NCBI GenBank assembly: GCA_016933575.1
Contig: JAFGAR010000028.1
Location: 64,001 to 128,000 of the forward strand
Source: Candidatus Thorarchaeota archaeon
GTDB taxonomy: Archaea > Asgardarchaeota > Thorarchaeia > Thorarchaeales > Thorarchaeaceae
Direction of reading: 5' to 3'
DNA length: 64,000 bases
The notes under the pieces were generated by a model. That model was not told where the DNA came from. It did not search any database and was given only the letters and a program-made list of their open reading frames with translations. The stretch's first letter is position 1. Each line of letters starts with the position of its first letter. Positions 27,224-35,617 of this stretch are shown piece after piece. Made by a program: the position numbers and the translations under genes.

Positions 27224-28081
27224 ATGAATTTTAACTTGGCTGTGATTAAAATTGGTTGCATTGCATCATCACCCCTTCTAGAGTTGATTTTCGATGAACG
27301 AGCAGAACGCTCAGATTTTCACGTGAGGGTCTTCTCGAGTGGTGCAAAGATGGATCCAGAATCATGCATCAAAGCCACTGAGGTATGGGGAGAATTCAAA
27401 CCAGATCTGGCAATTATTGTAAGCCCAAATGCCAGTCTAAGCGGACCTTCAGAAACACGAGTGAAACTCTGTGATATAGGAATTCCAGTGATATCGATAT
27501 CAGATGCGCCATCAAAAAAGGCTTGGCAAACGAAAGATGAATCAGGAAAGCAAGTCACTCAGGTGAATAAGAATGAGGGTTTCATCATTGTCCCATCTGA
27601 TTCGATGATTGGAGCGAGAGCTGAGTTTCTAGACCCAACTGAGATGGCTCTCTTCAATGCGGATGCTATCAAAGTCCTGTCTGTGTGTGGTATCATTCGA
27701 GCACTTCAAGAAATCATAGGCGATGTCATTGATGATATAGAAAAAGGAAATGATCAAAGGTTGCCAACTATTACACTTACCTCAGAATTGGCAGTGCAAT
27801 ATGCAAAGTTCAATAACCCGTATGCTAAAGCAAAGGCATTTGCAGCATTAACGATAGCTGAATCAGTAGCTTCAATCACCGCGAAAGCATGTTTTAAGAC
27901 TGAGAAGTCAGATGATTATATTCCAATGGTTGCAGCAGGTCATGAGATGATGAGGTCTGCAGCTAAATTGGCTGACGAGGCTAGAGAAATTGAGAAGTCT
28001 CAAGACACAGTCTATCGTACGCCTCATAGTTCGGATGGTAGGATAAAGGGCAAAGAGAGGTTGTTAGAAAAACCAAAGTAA
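27224..28081 (+). CDS. mtd: F420-dependent methylene-H4MPT dehydrogenase
   Basis: KIGCIASS..FDERAER, SSGAKM, SPNASLSGP, DSMIGARAEFLDPTEMALFNAD, NPYAKAKA, AGHEMMRSAAKLADEAREIEK, RTPH. Confidence 0.93.
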   Translation: MNFNLAVIKIGCIASSPLLELIFDERAERSDFHVRVFSSGAKMDPESCIKATEVWGEFKPDLAIIVSPNASLSGPSETRVKLCDIGIPVISISDAPSKKAWQTKDESGKQVTQVNKNEGFIIVPSDSMIGARAEFLDPTEMALFNADAIKVLSVCGIIRALQEIIGDVIDDIEKGNDQRLPTITLTSELAVQYAKFNNPYAKAKAFAALTIAESVASITAKACFKTEKSDDYIPMVAAGHEMMRSAAKLADEAREIEKSQDTVYRTPHSSDGRIKGKERLLEKPK

Positions 28082-28087
28082 TATCTA

Positions 28088-29692
28088 CTATGCTTTCTTG
28101 CTATTTCCTTTCTTTATTGTTTTTTGAACAACTTTTCTTGCATCCTTCAGTATCTTCTCAGCTCGAGCAATTGTCAATCCATCAATCTTCTGAGCTAGAC
28201 GTTGTGCAGTTTCACCTGCAAGCTGAGCGGCAGAATCATAACCTGCCGAATGCAATTTCTTCTCTAGAGCTTCGCCGATACCAGGCACACTTCTAAGTGG
28301 CAGTGAATCCTTCAGTTCAACACCAAGTATCTCACTCATGTCACTGTCACTAATCTCAGAACCAGCATCAATGATATCCAATTGACTCTTTATCGATGCA
28401 AAATCATCAGCACCAACAAAGGCATCAACAGTCTTCTTGACCTGACGTTCATCAAAATCAAGTGCAAGCTCTTCTATTTCGATTTCCCTTCCAAGAATAG
28501 TTGGAAGTGGTCCAATGAGATAGAGAGCAATCAGCGAAAATAGAATAGCGAATTGACCACCAACTGCATAGACAACTGAAGGAATATGAAATTGAATTCC
28601 AAACACTAATGAATTGAGATCAACAGCCCAATAGAGAGCCATAAAGCCTAGAAAGAAGAACCAGACTAAAGATAGACGTAGACCTTTGGATTTCACTGAC
28701 CCCAGTTCAGGCCAAATCAACAGGAGATATAGACCAAGAAGATAACCCTCGATAAAACGCTCCGAACCTAATAAGCTAATCAACAGAATTGTTAGGTCTG
28801 GATCTAGAAAGTATGCATTGTACAAAGCTGATCCGAAAATGGTCAAGAGACCCATTAGTAGAAGACTGAAACTGAATGCTGGCTTTCGACCTCGTATGTC
28901 AGAGATAAAACCAGCACAGAGAATTCCAATAATTAGAAGTGCATACTCCAAGTATTGTAGATTCACCAACTGGGGTAGAGAAACATACGATGGATCTCCA
29001 AAGAAACCTTGTTGAATTGCAAGTTTTGTAACCATGTACCATAGTAGATAGGAGGCCATGATGAGTACTGTAGGTATAAAGTAGCGAATAACAGTACCAG
29101 ATGCAGCGAGTGAAACACGAGGTTGTTTCCAAGGCCTTAGACCTACTGTTATGAAGACACTAATCATAGCTATGAGTGCAGGTACTATTAGAATTGATGA
29201 GTTGATAGTCAGATTGATCTGAGGTAGTATGGCATATACAGCTGACAAAATCACAGCTAAAGCAAGGAAAAGAGCTGTGCTACGACCTCTATATCTTACA
29301 ATAATGCTCTGGTTAACACGGATAGTCCAAAAGACCAATAGTGATGATAGACATGCAAATGAAGCGATGACTAGCACAAAATCAATACTCTCTACCATAT
29401 CCAATGAGAGCGTTGTTAATTTCGTTAATCCTAAAGATGCCGGGATAATCGATACGAGTATTATTAGTGGATCAAGTCGTTTGACTCGATCTGCGACAAT
29501 ACCTGATAATGGAAGGGTGAATACTCCAGCTAATGCTCCATAGCCAAGCAATCCATGATGCTCAAGCAGAGTGAGCTCAAATAAAGTACCAGAGATTAGA
29601 TTCGTGATGATGAATATGCAAAATGCAAAGGGGGCTGCAAAGAGTAGAAAGATGATAGTAGTCTTTATTGGAAATTCTCGATATTGAAGCAT
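28088..29692 (-). CDS. MFS-like polytopic membrane protein fused to a C-terminal helix-hairpin-helix domain
   Basis: About 12 TM segments with SGIVADRVKR and AGFISDIRGRK. Acidic linker, then LRSVPGIGEALEKKLHSAGY..KIDGLTIARAEKI (RadA N-terminal-like HhH). Confidence 0.75.
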   Translation of the reverse strand: MLQYREFPIKTTIIFLLFAAPFAFCIFIITNLISGTLFELTLLEHHGLLGYGALAGVFTLPLSGIVADRVKRLDPLIILVSIIPASLGLTKLTTLSLDMVESIDFVLVIASFACLSSLLVFWTIRVNQSIIVRYRGRSTALFLALAVILSAVYAILPQINLTINSSILIVPALIAMISVFITVGLRPWKQPRVSLAASGTVIRYFIPTVLIMASYLLWYMVTKLAIQQGFFGDPSYVSLPQLVNLQYLEYALLIIGILCAGFISDIRGRKPAFSFSLLLMGLLTIFGSALYNAYFLDPDLTILLISLLGSERFIEGYLLGLYLLLIWPELGSVKSKGLRLSLVWFFFLGFMALYWAVDLNSLVFGIQFHIPSVVYAVGGQFAILFSLIALYLIGPLPTILGREIEIEELALDFDERQVKKTVDAFVGADDFASIKSQLDIIDAGSEISDSDMSEILGVELKDSLPLRSVPGIGEALEKKLHSAGYDSAAQLAGETAQRLAQKIDGLTIARAEKILKDARKVVQKTIKKGNSKKA

Positions 29693-29786
29693 AGTACTCT
29701 CTCCTAAGCCTAATTCATGCTGAAAATAATGGAATATGGATGTTTCGCATTCAAATCCTTTTCTGGAAAATATTGTGTTTACATGC

Positions 29787-29830
29787 GATAGCTTAAAGAC
29801 CTCTCAGATTTGGGAGAGAATAAGGAGTGA
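29787..29830 (+). promoter_or_regulatory. Putative BRE/TATA and RBS for the longin operon
   Basis: GATAGCTTAAAGA (29787-29799) and AAGGAGTGA (29822-29830) ahead of TTG 29837. Confidence 0.5.
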
Positions 29831-29836
29831 ATAGAA

Positions 29837-30739
29837 TTGGTTGGTAAACTCGGCGTTAATGAATTCATGGTTCTAACATCAGGGGGTACACCAATCTTTC
29901 ATTTCTCACGAACAAAGACAAGAAAATTGGATGATCTACTTTCTGGATTCCTGAGCGCAATAACTAGTTTTGCCACTGAATTAGGAGAGCGGTCGATTCA
30001 GAGTCTTTCTTTTGAAGGATCAGAACTCCTCTATGAACAATATGAGAGTGATTGTCTCTTCATATTTCTTGTAGAAACTAATTCTTCTGAGAAGGTTCTT
30101 CGAGCTGTCCTTCGTGAATTAAGTAGGAAATTCATGGCACGTTATGAAAATGAACTAAAAATGGAAATACCAATACTTGACGTCTTCATGGATTTTGAAC
30201 ATGAGGTCAAAGGCGTATTCACATACTACGAGGGAATCTTACTGGTAATGTCTAGCCTCAGTGCGTTCGTTGTCCCAAAATTAAAGACAACCTCAATGAA
30301 CATAGCAATCAGATCAGGGAATTTCCTAGACGAGTTCCATAGAGATTTTGGAGGTTCTGGCAATAGAGCACTTTCAGCAATCGATGGTAAGACATCTCTA
30401 TATGACATGAGTAGAAACCTTGGTCTAGCTCCTGAAGAGATATCCGATGTCATCGAATATCTCGCAATCAGAGGATTGTTATCAATTTCCAAAATATGTC
30501 CAATGATTCGAACAAATGATGCGCGTTTCGATGCATACCTAGATCTTGTGGGACTTCCAAATAAGGACTATCAATTACTCGATAGAGCAAAGAACCTGTG
30601 CAACGGAAACAGAGCCCTTGTGGATATTAGCGAGAGATTGGGAGTTGTGCCAGAGCGGCTTTACGAAGTTCTAGAGAAACTTGGTGAAGAAGTTGAATGG
30701 CGTTTGGTAGATGTTACAGGACTCGTCGAAGATTCATAA
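29837..30739 (+). CDS. Longin + two winged-helix domains (paralog A)
   Basis: FMVLTSGGTPIF..DLLSGFLSAITSFATELG..IQSL (Asgard longin pattern). AIDGKTSLYDMSRNLGL..VIEYLAIRGLL and LCNGNRALVDISERLGV are HTH-like. Confidence 0.8.
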   Translation: MVGKLGVNEFMVLTSGGTPIFHFSRTKTRKLDDLLSGFLSAITSFATELGERSIQSLSFEGSELLYEQYESDCLFIFLVETNSSEKVLRAVLRELSRKFMARYENELKMEIPILDVFMDFEHEVKGVFTYYEGILLVMSSLSAFVVPKLKTTSMNIAIRSGNFLDEFHRDFGGSGNRALSAIDGKTSLYDMSRNLGLAPEEISDVIEYLAIRGLLSISKICPMIRTNDARFDAYLDLVGLPNKDYQLLDRAKNLCNGNRALVDISERLGVVPERLYEVLEKLGEEVEWRLVDVTGLVEDS

Positions 30740-30813
30740 CTAACTCTAAATCTCTAGAAGGAATTAAGTGCATATTTGCAATGAAATACTTGTTGTGATT
30801 AGGAGACCACTCA

Positions 30814-32091
30814 ATGGTCAAAGAGATCATCGTACTTAGAGAAACAGGGATCCTTCTGTACCACTATAGTGTTAGTGGAACAAGGAAACTTGATGAACTG
30901 GTCGCTGCATTTCTTTCTGCTGTTGGTTCTTTTGCTAAAGAAGTAAGTCAAGATAAAATCACAGTGATGTCGTTTGCAACAAATAAACTGGTGTGGGAAA
31001 AGAAAGGCGATCTATTCTTTATCGCGCTTGTTGCTGAAGAAGATAGCGGAGAGATTCACAGAGTAATACTCCAAGATCTTGCAGAGCAATTTGTAAGTAT
31101 GTTCTATTCTGATCTCATGAAAGAATTGCCAGATTCAAAGAGCTTCAGACCTTTTACCGACATAGTTGAAAAAACACTTCACAAATTTAATGGGATTCCG
31201 GGACTTGCACGAAAATACAAAACAATCCTTTTGCCATCTGAGGATTTGAATCGTCTAAAGAAATCGATGGCTGAGGTTGAAGTGAATCGTGATATACTAC
31301 GAGGAGCTTTAGTCACTCACGATGGATATGTAGCTGTATCAAATCTCAGAGCTTATGAATTGGAAGCTGTATTGGATTTCATATCGTCATTTGACAAAAA
31401 CATAGAGATACACGAACACTCAAGTCTAGAAAAAGCTACAGCCTTTCTCTTGGTCAATCTGAAGAAGAAAGGGGTATGTGCATTTGTTATTAACTTAGGT
31501 ATGTCAGAAAAGACATACATAGAATTGGTAAATCCGTTCCTTGCTCTAGCTCAACTCACTAGCTTTGAAGAGGCTAAAAAATTTGAACCAGACAAAGCAG
31601 AGGGTCCAATTTCATTCTATGATTTTGATGGAATTGAACCTATTGTTGCATTGGAGAAAATACAGAGTGAAATTAGTATCATGCTTTCCAGAGCTCCAGA
31701 GAGCGTTCATTCTGGTGCACTCAAACTCCTTGAGAAACTAGAGAAAATGGCCACTGTTGCAGAATTGCATGAAATAATGGGCTTACCAAGAGAGCAAGGA
31801 GATGAATTATTAGCCCAATTGATTGCTAAGAGCATGATCCGTATCATACGGCTCTTCCCTGTTTTGGAAGACCGTGATGAACGGTTTGCGGCGTACCTTG
31901 AAGTCATAGGAATTAAAAAAAGGGACTTTGATATTGTCAATACAATCTGGAAATATTGTAATGGAAGTTATTCTATAAGAGAAATTTCAGAAAGAACGAA
32001 TATTCCAGCAGGTAGAATAATGGAAGTGTTGCGTGTGCTGGGTAACAATGTAACATGGTCAAAAAATAGGGTGTTAAGTCATGTCAGGTAA
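30814..32091 (+). CDS. Longin + roadblock-like + two winged-helix domains (paralog B)
   Basis: IIVLRETGILLY..ELVAAFLSAVGSFAKEV. Central ILRGALVTHDGYVAVSNL is roadblock-like. C-terminal YCNGSYSIREISERTNIP aligns with paralog A. Confidence 0.8.
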   Translation: MVKEIIVLRETGILLYHYSVSGTRKLDELVAAFLSAVGSFAKEVSQDKITVMSFATNKLVWEKKGDLFFIALVAEEDSGEIHRVILQDLAEQFVSMFYSDLMKELPDSKSFRPFTDIVEKTLHKFNGIPGLARKYKTILLPSEDLNRLKKSMAEVEVNRDILRGALVTHDGYVAVSNLRAYELEAVLDFISSFDKNIEIHEHSSLEKATAFLLVNLKKKGVCAFVINLGMSEKTYIELVNPFLALAQLTSFEEAKKFEPDKAEGPISFYDFDGIEPIVALEKIQSEISIMLSRAPESVHSGALKLLEKLEKMATVAELHEIMGLPREQGDELLAQLIAKSMIRIIRLFPVLEDRDERFAAYLEVIGIKKRDFDIVNTIWKYCNGSYSIREISERTNIPAGRIMEVLRVLGNNVTWSKNRVLSHVR

Positions 32092-32833
32092 AATAATCTC
32101 GATACATAGTTTTCGTGGTGGAACAGGGAAATCCAACATTGCCGCGAATTTAGCAGCTTTTGCAGCTTTGCAAGGAAAGAGAGTTGCAGTAATGGACACA
32201 GACATGGCATCGCCAGGTATACATGTCATATTTGGCCTTGGTCGGGAAAAGATGAAGTACACATTGAATGATTACCTTCGTGGCACATGCGATATCACTG
32301 ACACGTGCATCGACCTGACAAACAGGTTGGACATAAAGAAAGGTAAGCTCTTCTTGATACCAAGCTCCATGGCAGCAACTGACATCACTAGAATTCTTAG
32401 AGAAGGCTATGAAGTAGGAGATCTCAAGAAAGGATTTACTGATGTCATAAAGGGAAAAGACCTAGATTACCTGATTATCGATACACACCCAGGACTTGAT
32501 AGAGAGACCCTACTCTCAATGGCTACAGCTCACATTTTATTCGTGGTAGCAAGAATTGATGAACAGGATCTACTGGGGACTGCTGCAACTTTGAGTGTTG
32601 CTCGAAAACTGCAGGTTCCTGAGATTCGTATAATCATCAATAAGAAACCAGGGATCTACGAGAATAAAGCAATAATCTCAGAGGTAGAGTCGAAGTTTAA
32701 AGCACGAGTTGCTACGATTATTCCACTACTACCGCTCCTCATAGAGGTAGGAAGTCGTTTTGTTGTTATACTACGGTACCCCGAAAATGAGTTCACAAAA
32801 AACATTGAGGACATCTACAAGTTGATGCTGTAG
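32081..32833 (+). CDS. MinD/ParA-family ATPase
   Basis: IISIHSFRGGTGKS, VMDTDMASPG, YLIIDTHPG, IINK. Overlaps the upstream gene by 11 nt. Confidence 0.92.
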   Translation: MSGKIISIHSFRGGTGKSNIAANLAAFAALQGKRVAVMDTDMASPGIHVIFGLGREKMKYTLNDYLRGTCDITDTCIDLTNRLDIKKGKLFLIPSSMAATDITRILREGYEVGDLKKGFTDVIKGKDLDYLIIDTHPGLDRETLLSMATAHILFVVARIDEQDLLGTAATLSVARKLQVPEIRIIINKKPGIYENKAIISEVESKFKARVATIIPLLPLLIEVGSRFVVILRYPENEFTKNIEDIYKLML

Positions 32834-32957
32834 TAAATGATTGCCCAAACAAATTAGGCGCTTGGATTATTATCACTGCAAGAATCAAAATTATCAGACA
32901 TACTATGAGTACTAGAACAAGCACAGAGTCAGAATGTGAAGTAGGTTCGTATGTCAT
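32793..32957 (-). CDS. Possible small single-TM protein with a CxCxxC tail
   Basis: MTYEPTSHSDS-VLVLVLIVCLIILILAVIII-..CRCPQCFL. Occupies the gap after MinD and overlaps its 3' end by 41 nt. Confidence 0.4.
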   Translation of the reverse strand: MTYEPTSHSDSVLVLVLIVCLIILILAVIIIQAPNLFGQSFTTASTCRCPQCFL

Positions 32958-33065
32958 CAATCTATAGAAGGAGTAAATCAAATTAACTCTTGCTTTTATT
33001 CACCAACCAAAACCTTTCTAATGCTTTCTTGTTTAGAAACCAAGGAAAATTGGAGGCCTCTTTTG

Positions 33066-33512
33066 ATGGTCATTGATGTCAAGCTCGCTACTGCCCAAGA
33101 TCGAACAGCACTAGACGAATTCTATGCACGAGAAGGACATGATTTTCAAAAACTCGCTGCACAAGCAGCATGTACACCAACTAGTGGCATCCTAGAAACT
33201 ATGTTCATAGTTGCTTGTACTAATGATATGGTTGTTGCTGCATTGAAGCTTGATATCGGTAAAGATCCTAAATTAGGAAAAGTCGGTGTTATTCAACATT
33301 TTGAGATCGAAGACGAACTTGAAGGAACAGATTTGGGATTAACAATGCTCAAGAAAGCTATCGAGATAGCTGAGGAAAAAGGACTCAGAGCGCTTGATAC
33401 ATTGGTCAGTGAATCAAGAAATGATGTGATCAACCTGTATACCGAGTCCGGTTTCTCAGAGAAGAGAAAAGAAATCTACCTAAGAAAAGACTTCAAACCA
33501 AGTTTGTTCTAA
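33066..33512 (+). CDS. GNAT-family acetyltransferase
   Basis: IQHFEIEDELEGTDLGLTML (motif A-like), NDVINLYTESGF. GGAGG before ATG 33066. Confidence 0.8.
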   Translation: MVIDVKLATAQDRTALDEFYAREGHDFQKLAAQAACTPTSGILETMFIVACTNDMVVAALKLDIGKDPKLGKVGVIQHFEIEDELEGTDLGLTMLKKAIEIAEEKGLRALDTLVSESRNDVINLYTESGFSEKRKEIYLRKDFKPSLF

Positions 33513-35335
33513 GTATCTTTTACCAGAGAGTCAAGTCCGAGGTCAATTATAGTTTCACGAGTTGGAACACCATCTAATCCCCACCCACGAAGAGCGTAGT
33601 ACTCGTTCAAGGATTTCTCAAAGTCATCTTGATCTATGAATGCTTTCATGCCCTTTGATGATCCAACTGTTTCAGCATGCCAAAACTTTGGAGGAAGAAT
33701 ATCATCCTGACGTGTGATACCTTCTCGAATATTAAAGAGTCGTGTAAGGGTTTCAACACGTTGACCGAATTTTGAAATTTCTTCATCATCATAGACTTTG
33801 CCTGTCGCTCCATTGACTAGTGCTATCTTTTGTTCTCGACTCAGTGGGAAATGCCAAGTGAAATGGCAGATGACCATTGAATCTGTAAGTGTTTTTGTAT
33901 CTCGTTCTATTACCATGGAACGAACTACATTAACTGCTGACTTATCGGGCTTATCTGTTGTCTGAGGCCATCCACGAAGATGACTGGCTCCGACATCAGC
34001 AGTCGCATAAGAAAGTCCCAGACCCAATTTGCCTCGGGGATCCCAAGCTGCCGTTTCCAATCCCTTAACATGAACAGCTAAAGATTCACTTCCTTTGCCA
34101 ATCTCATTAGCAGCACTACGAGTGCCTTTTGCGAGAGTAGCCCCGATACCTTCTTTGAATGCAATCATTCTCATGATCTTCAAAGCAGCCTCACCATCAC
34201 CGAACCTCAGGGGAAACCCAATCTCTTCTTCAGAGAGAATACCATTTTCAAAGGCATCCATTGCGAAGCCAATAGTTGACCCTGCACTTATCGTGTCGAG
34301 ACCCAAATCATCTGCTAGAAAATTGAGACGAAGCACTGATTCAAAATCGCTGATACCCAAGTTGCCGCCACACAATCCAAATGTTTCATACTCGGTTGTT
34401 GATTCCACCTCTACCCCGGGATTACTGGGGTCTTCGATTCTATAGGCATGAGTACAACGCATTATACAATGGGGACAAGAGAGGTGAGCTCCTTTGGCTA
34501 AGTCTTGATGTTTTTCAGGATTCAAAGATTCATATCCATCAAAATAACTATTCGACCAATTTCTTGTTGGAAACTGTCCTCGCTCATTTGAAAATTCCAC
34601 TAGGCATCCTGTACCATAATACCTGAAATCATCGTCAGTCTTTGCCTTCCAGATATTGGCTACAGTTTTATTCGTTTCTCGTAGAATATCAGGATTACTT
34701 GCTACGATCTTTTTAGTACCTCTTACAACTAAGCCTTTCAATTTCTTGGAACCTAGGACTGCACCAATTCCGCCCCTTCCCGTTTGATGAGCTAGTTCAC
34801 AACAACCAGTCGCTGTTAGAACAAGGTTCTCACCAGCAGGACCAATCACATAGACTGCTGAACCTTCGACATGTCTTGCATGGAGCATTTTTGTTGAATC
34901 TTGAGTTCCCACGCCCCAGAGATCTTTGGCATCCTCGAATTCAATTCGTTCGTCATTAATGACAACAACAACGGGAATCTCGGATTTTCCCTTGATAGCG
35001 ACAACGTCGTATCCTGATTTCTTTATCTCACGACCCAGGGGTCCACCACAATGGGAATCAATGAATAGACCTGTCAAGGGAGATTTTGTGACAACAGACC
35101 ATCTTCCAACATTAGGTGCAGGAAGACCCTGAAGAGGGCCAGTCAAAAAGAATAGAGTATTTTGAGGACTAAGAGGATCTACTCCCGCTTCAAGTTGACG
35201 ATATAGTAGATAAGCGCCAAGACCTTTGCCGCCGATGTACTTCTCGAGAATCTCTTCCGATAGTTCTTCAATCTCGGTCTTTTTTGATGTTAAATCAATC
35301 CAGAGTATCTTTCTGTTCCATCCAAATGTCGTCAT
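33509..35335 (-). CDS. aor: Aldehyde:ferredoxin oxidoreductase family (W/Mo-pterin)
   Basis: YIGGKGLG, TKSPLTG, GRGGIGAVLGSKKLK, CPHCIMRC, EYET, DDLGLDTISAG, WDPRG, GASHL, YYALRGW. Confidence 0.95.
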   Translation of the reverse strand: MTTFGWNRKILWIDLTSKKTEIEELSEEILEKYIGGKGLGAYLLYRQLEAGVDPLSPQNTLFFLTGPLQGLPAPNVGRWSVVTKSPLTGLFIDSHCGGPLGREIKKSGYDVVAIKGKSEIPVVVVINDERIEFEDAKDLWGVGTQDSTKMLHARHVEGSAVYVIGPAGENLVLTATGCCELAHQTGRGGIGAVLGSKKLKGLVVRGTKKIVASNPDILRETNKTVANIWKAKTDDDFRYYGTGCLVEFSNERGQFPTRNWSNSYFDGYESLNPEKHQDLAKGAHLSCPHCIMRCTHAYRIEDPSNPGVEVESTTEYETFGLCGGNLGISDFESVLRLNFLADDLGLDTISAGSTIGFAMDAFENGILSEEEIGFPLRFGDGEAALKIMRMIAFKEGIGATLAKGTRSAANEIGKGSESLAVHVKGLETAAWDPRGKLGLGLSYATADVGASHLRGWPQTTDKPDKSAVNVVRSMVIERDTKTLTDSMVICHFTWHFPLSREQKIALVNGATGKVYDDEEISKFGQRVETLTRLFNIREGITRQDDILPPKFWHAETVGSSKGMKAFIDQDDFEKSLNEYYALRGWGLDGVPTRETIIDLGLDSLVKDT

Positions 35336-35372
35336 CGTTATTTCAAACCTGTATCAATCAATTCTGCCAGTT

Positions 35373-35522
35373 TCAATCAATCTGTATTTTCGAGATTTTC
35401 TTTATATCAACATCTCGAAGGTTATTCAGTATTGCAAGCATCACATCTGAGATAACGCTGGCTACAAATTCGTTCATAAATAGCTTTTTTCCCTTAAGGT
35501 ACACTTCCAAATCGACTGCCAT
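35373..35522 (-). CDS. Small (49 aa) protein resembling the MobB C-terminal/AOR-associated module
   Basis: MAVDLEVYLKGKKLFMNEFVASVISDVMLAILNNLRDVDIKKISKIQID*. GGTGA lies 7 nt upstream of ATG 35522. Co-oriented and 37 nt before aor. Below the ORF-track cutoff. Confidence 0.7.
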   Translation of the reverse strand: MAVDLEVYLKGKKLFMNEFVASVISDVMLAILNNLRDVDIKKISKIQID

Positions 35523-35617
35523 ATCCATTTCACCAAAATCTTGATAGTTAATTGATGATGAAAACCCAAACTATTATGCTTTTGTAATTCTGTACGCCTT
35601 GTCCGATACGCATTTAT

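Noticed and set aside
22798-28081. Methanogenesis
   Set aside because: mtd and an FrhB-like gene fit H4MPT/F420 C1 metabolism; no mcr or mtr in the window.
22798-35335. Selenocysteine/pyrrolysine read-through in the redox genes
   Set aside because: FrhB-like, Mtd and AOR ORFs appear complete with no in-frame UGA/UAG splitting a domain.
35351-35385. TCAATCAAT direct repeat upstream of aor
   Set aside because: One copy is the end of the small ORF; 9-mer AT-rich repeats are expected by chance.
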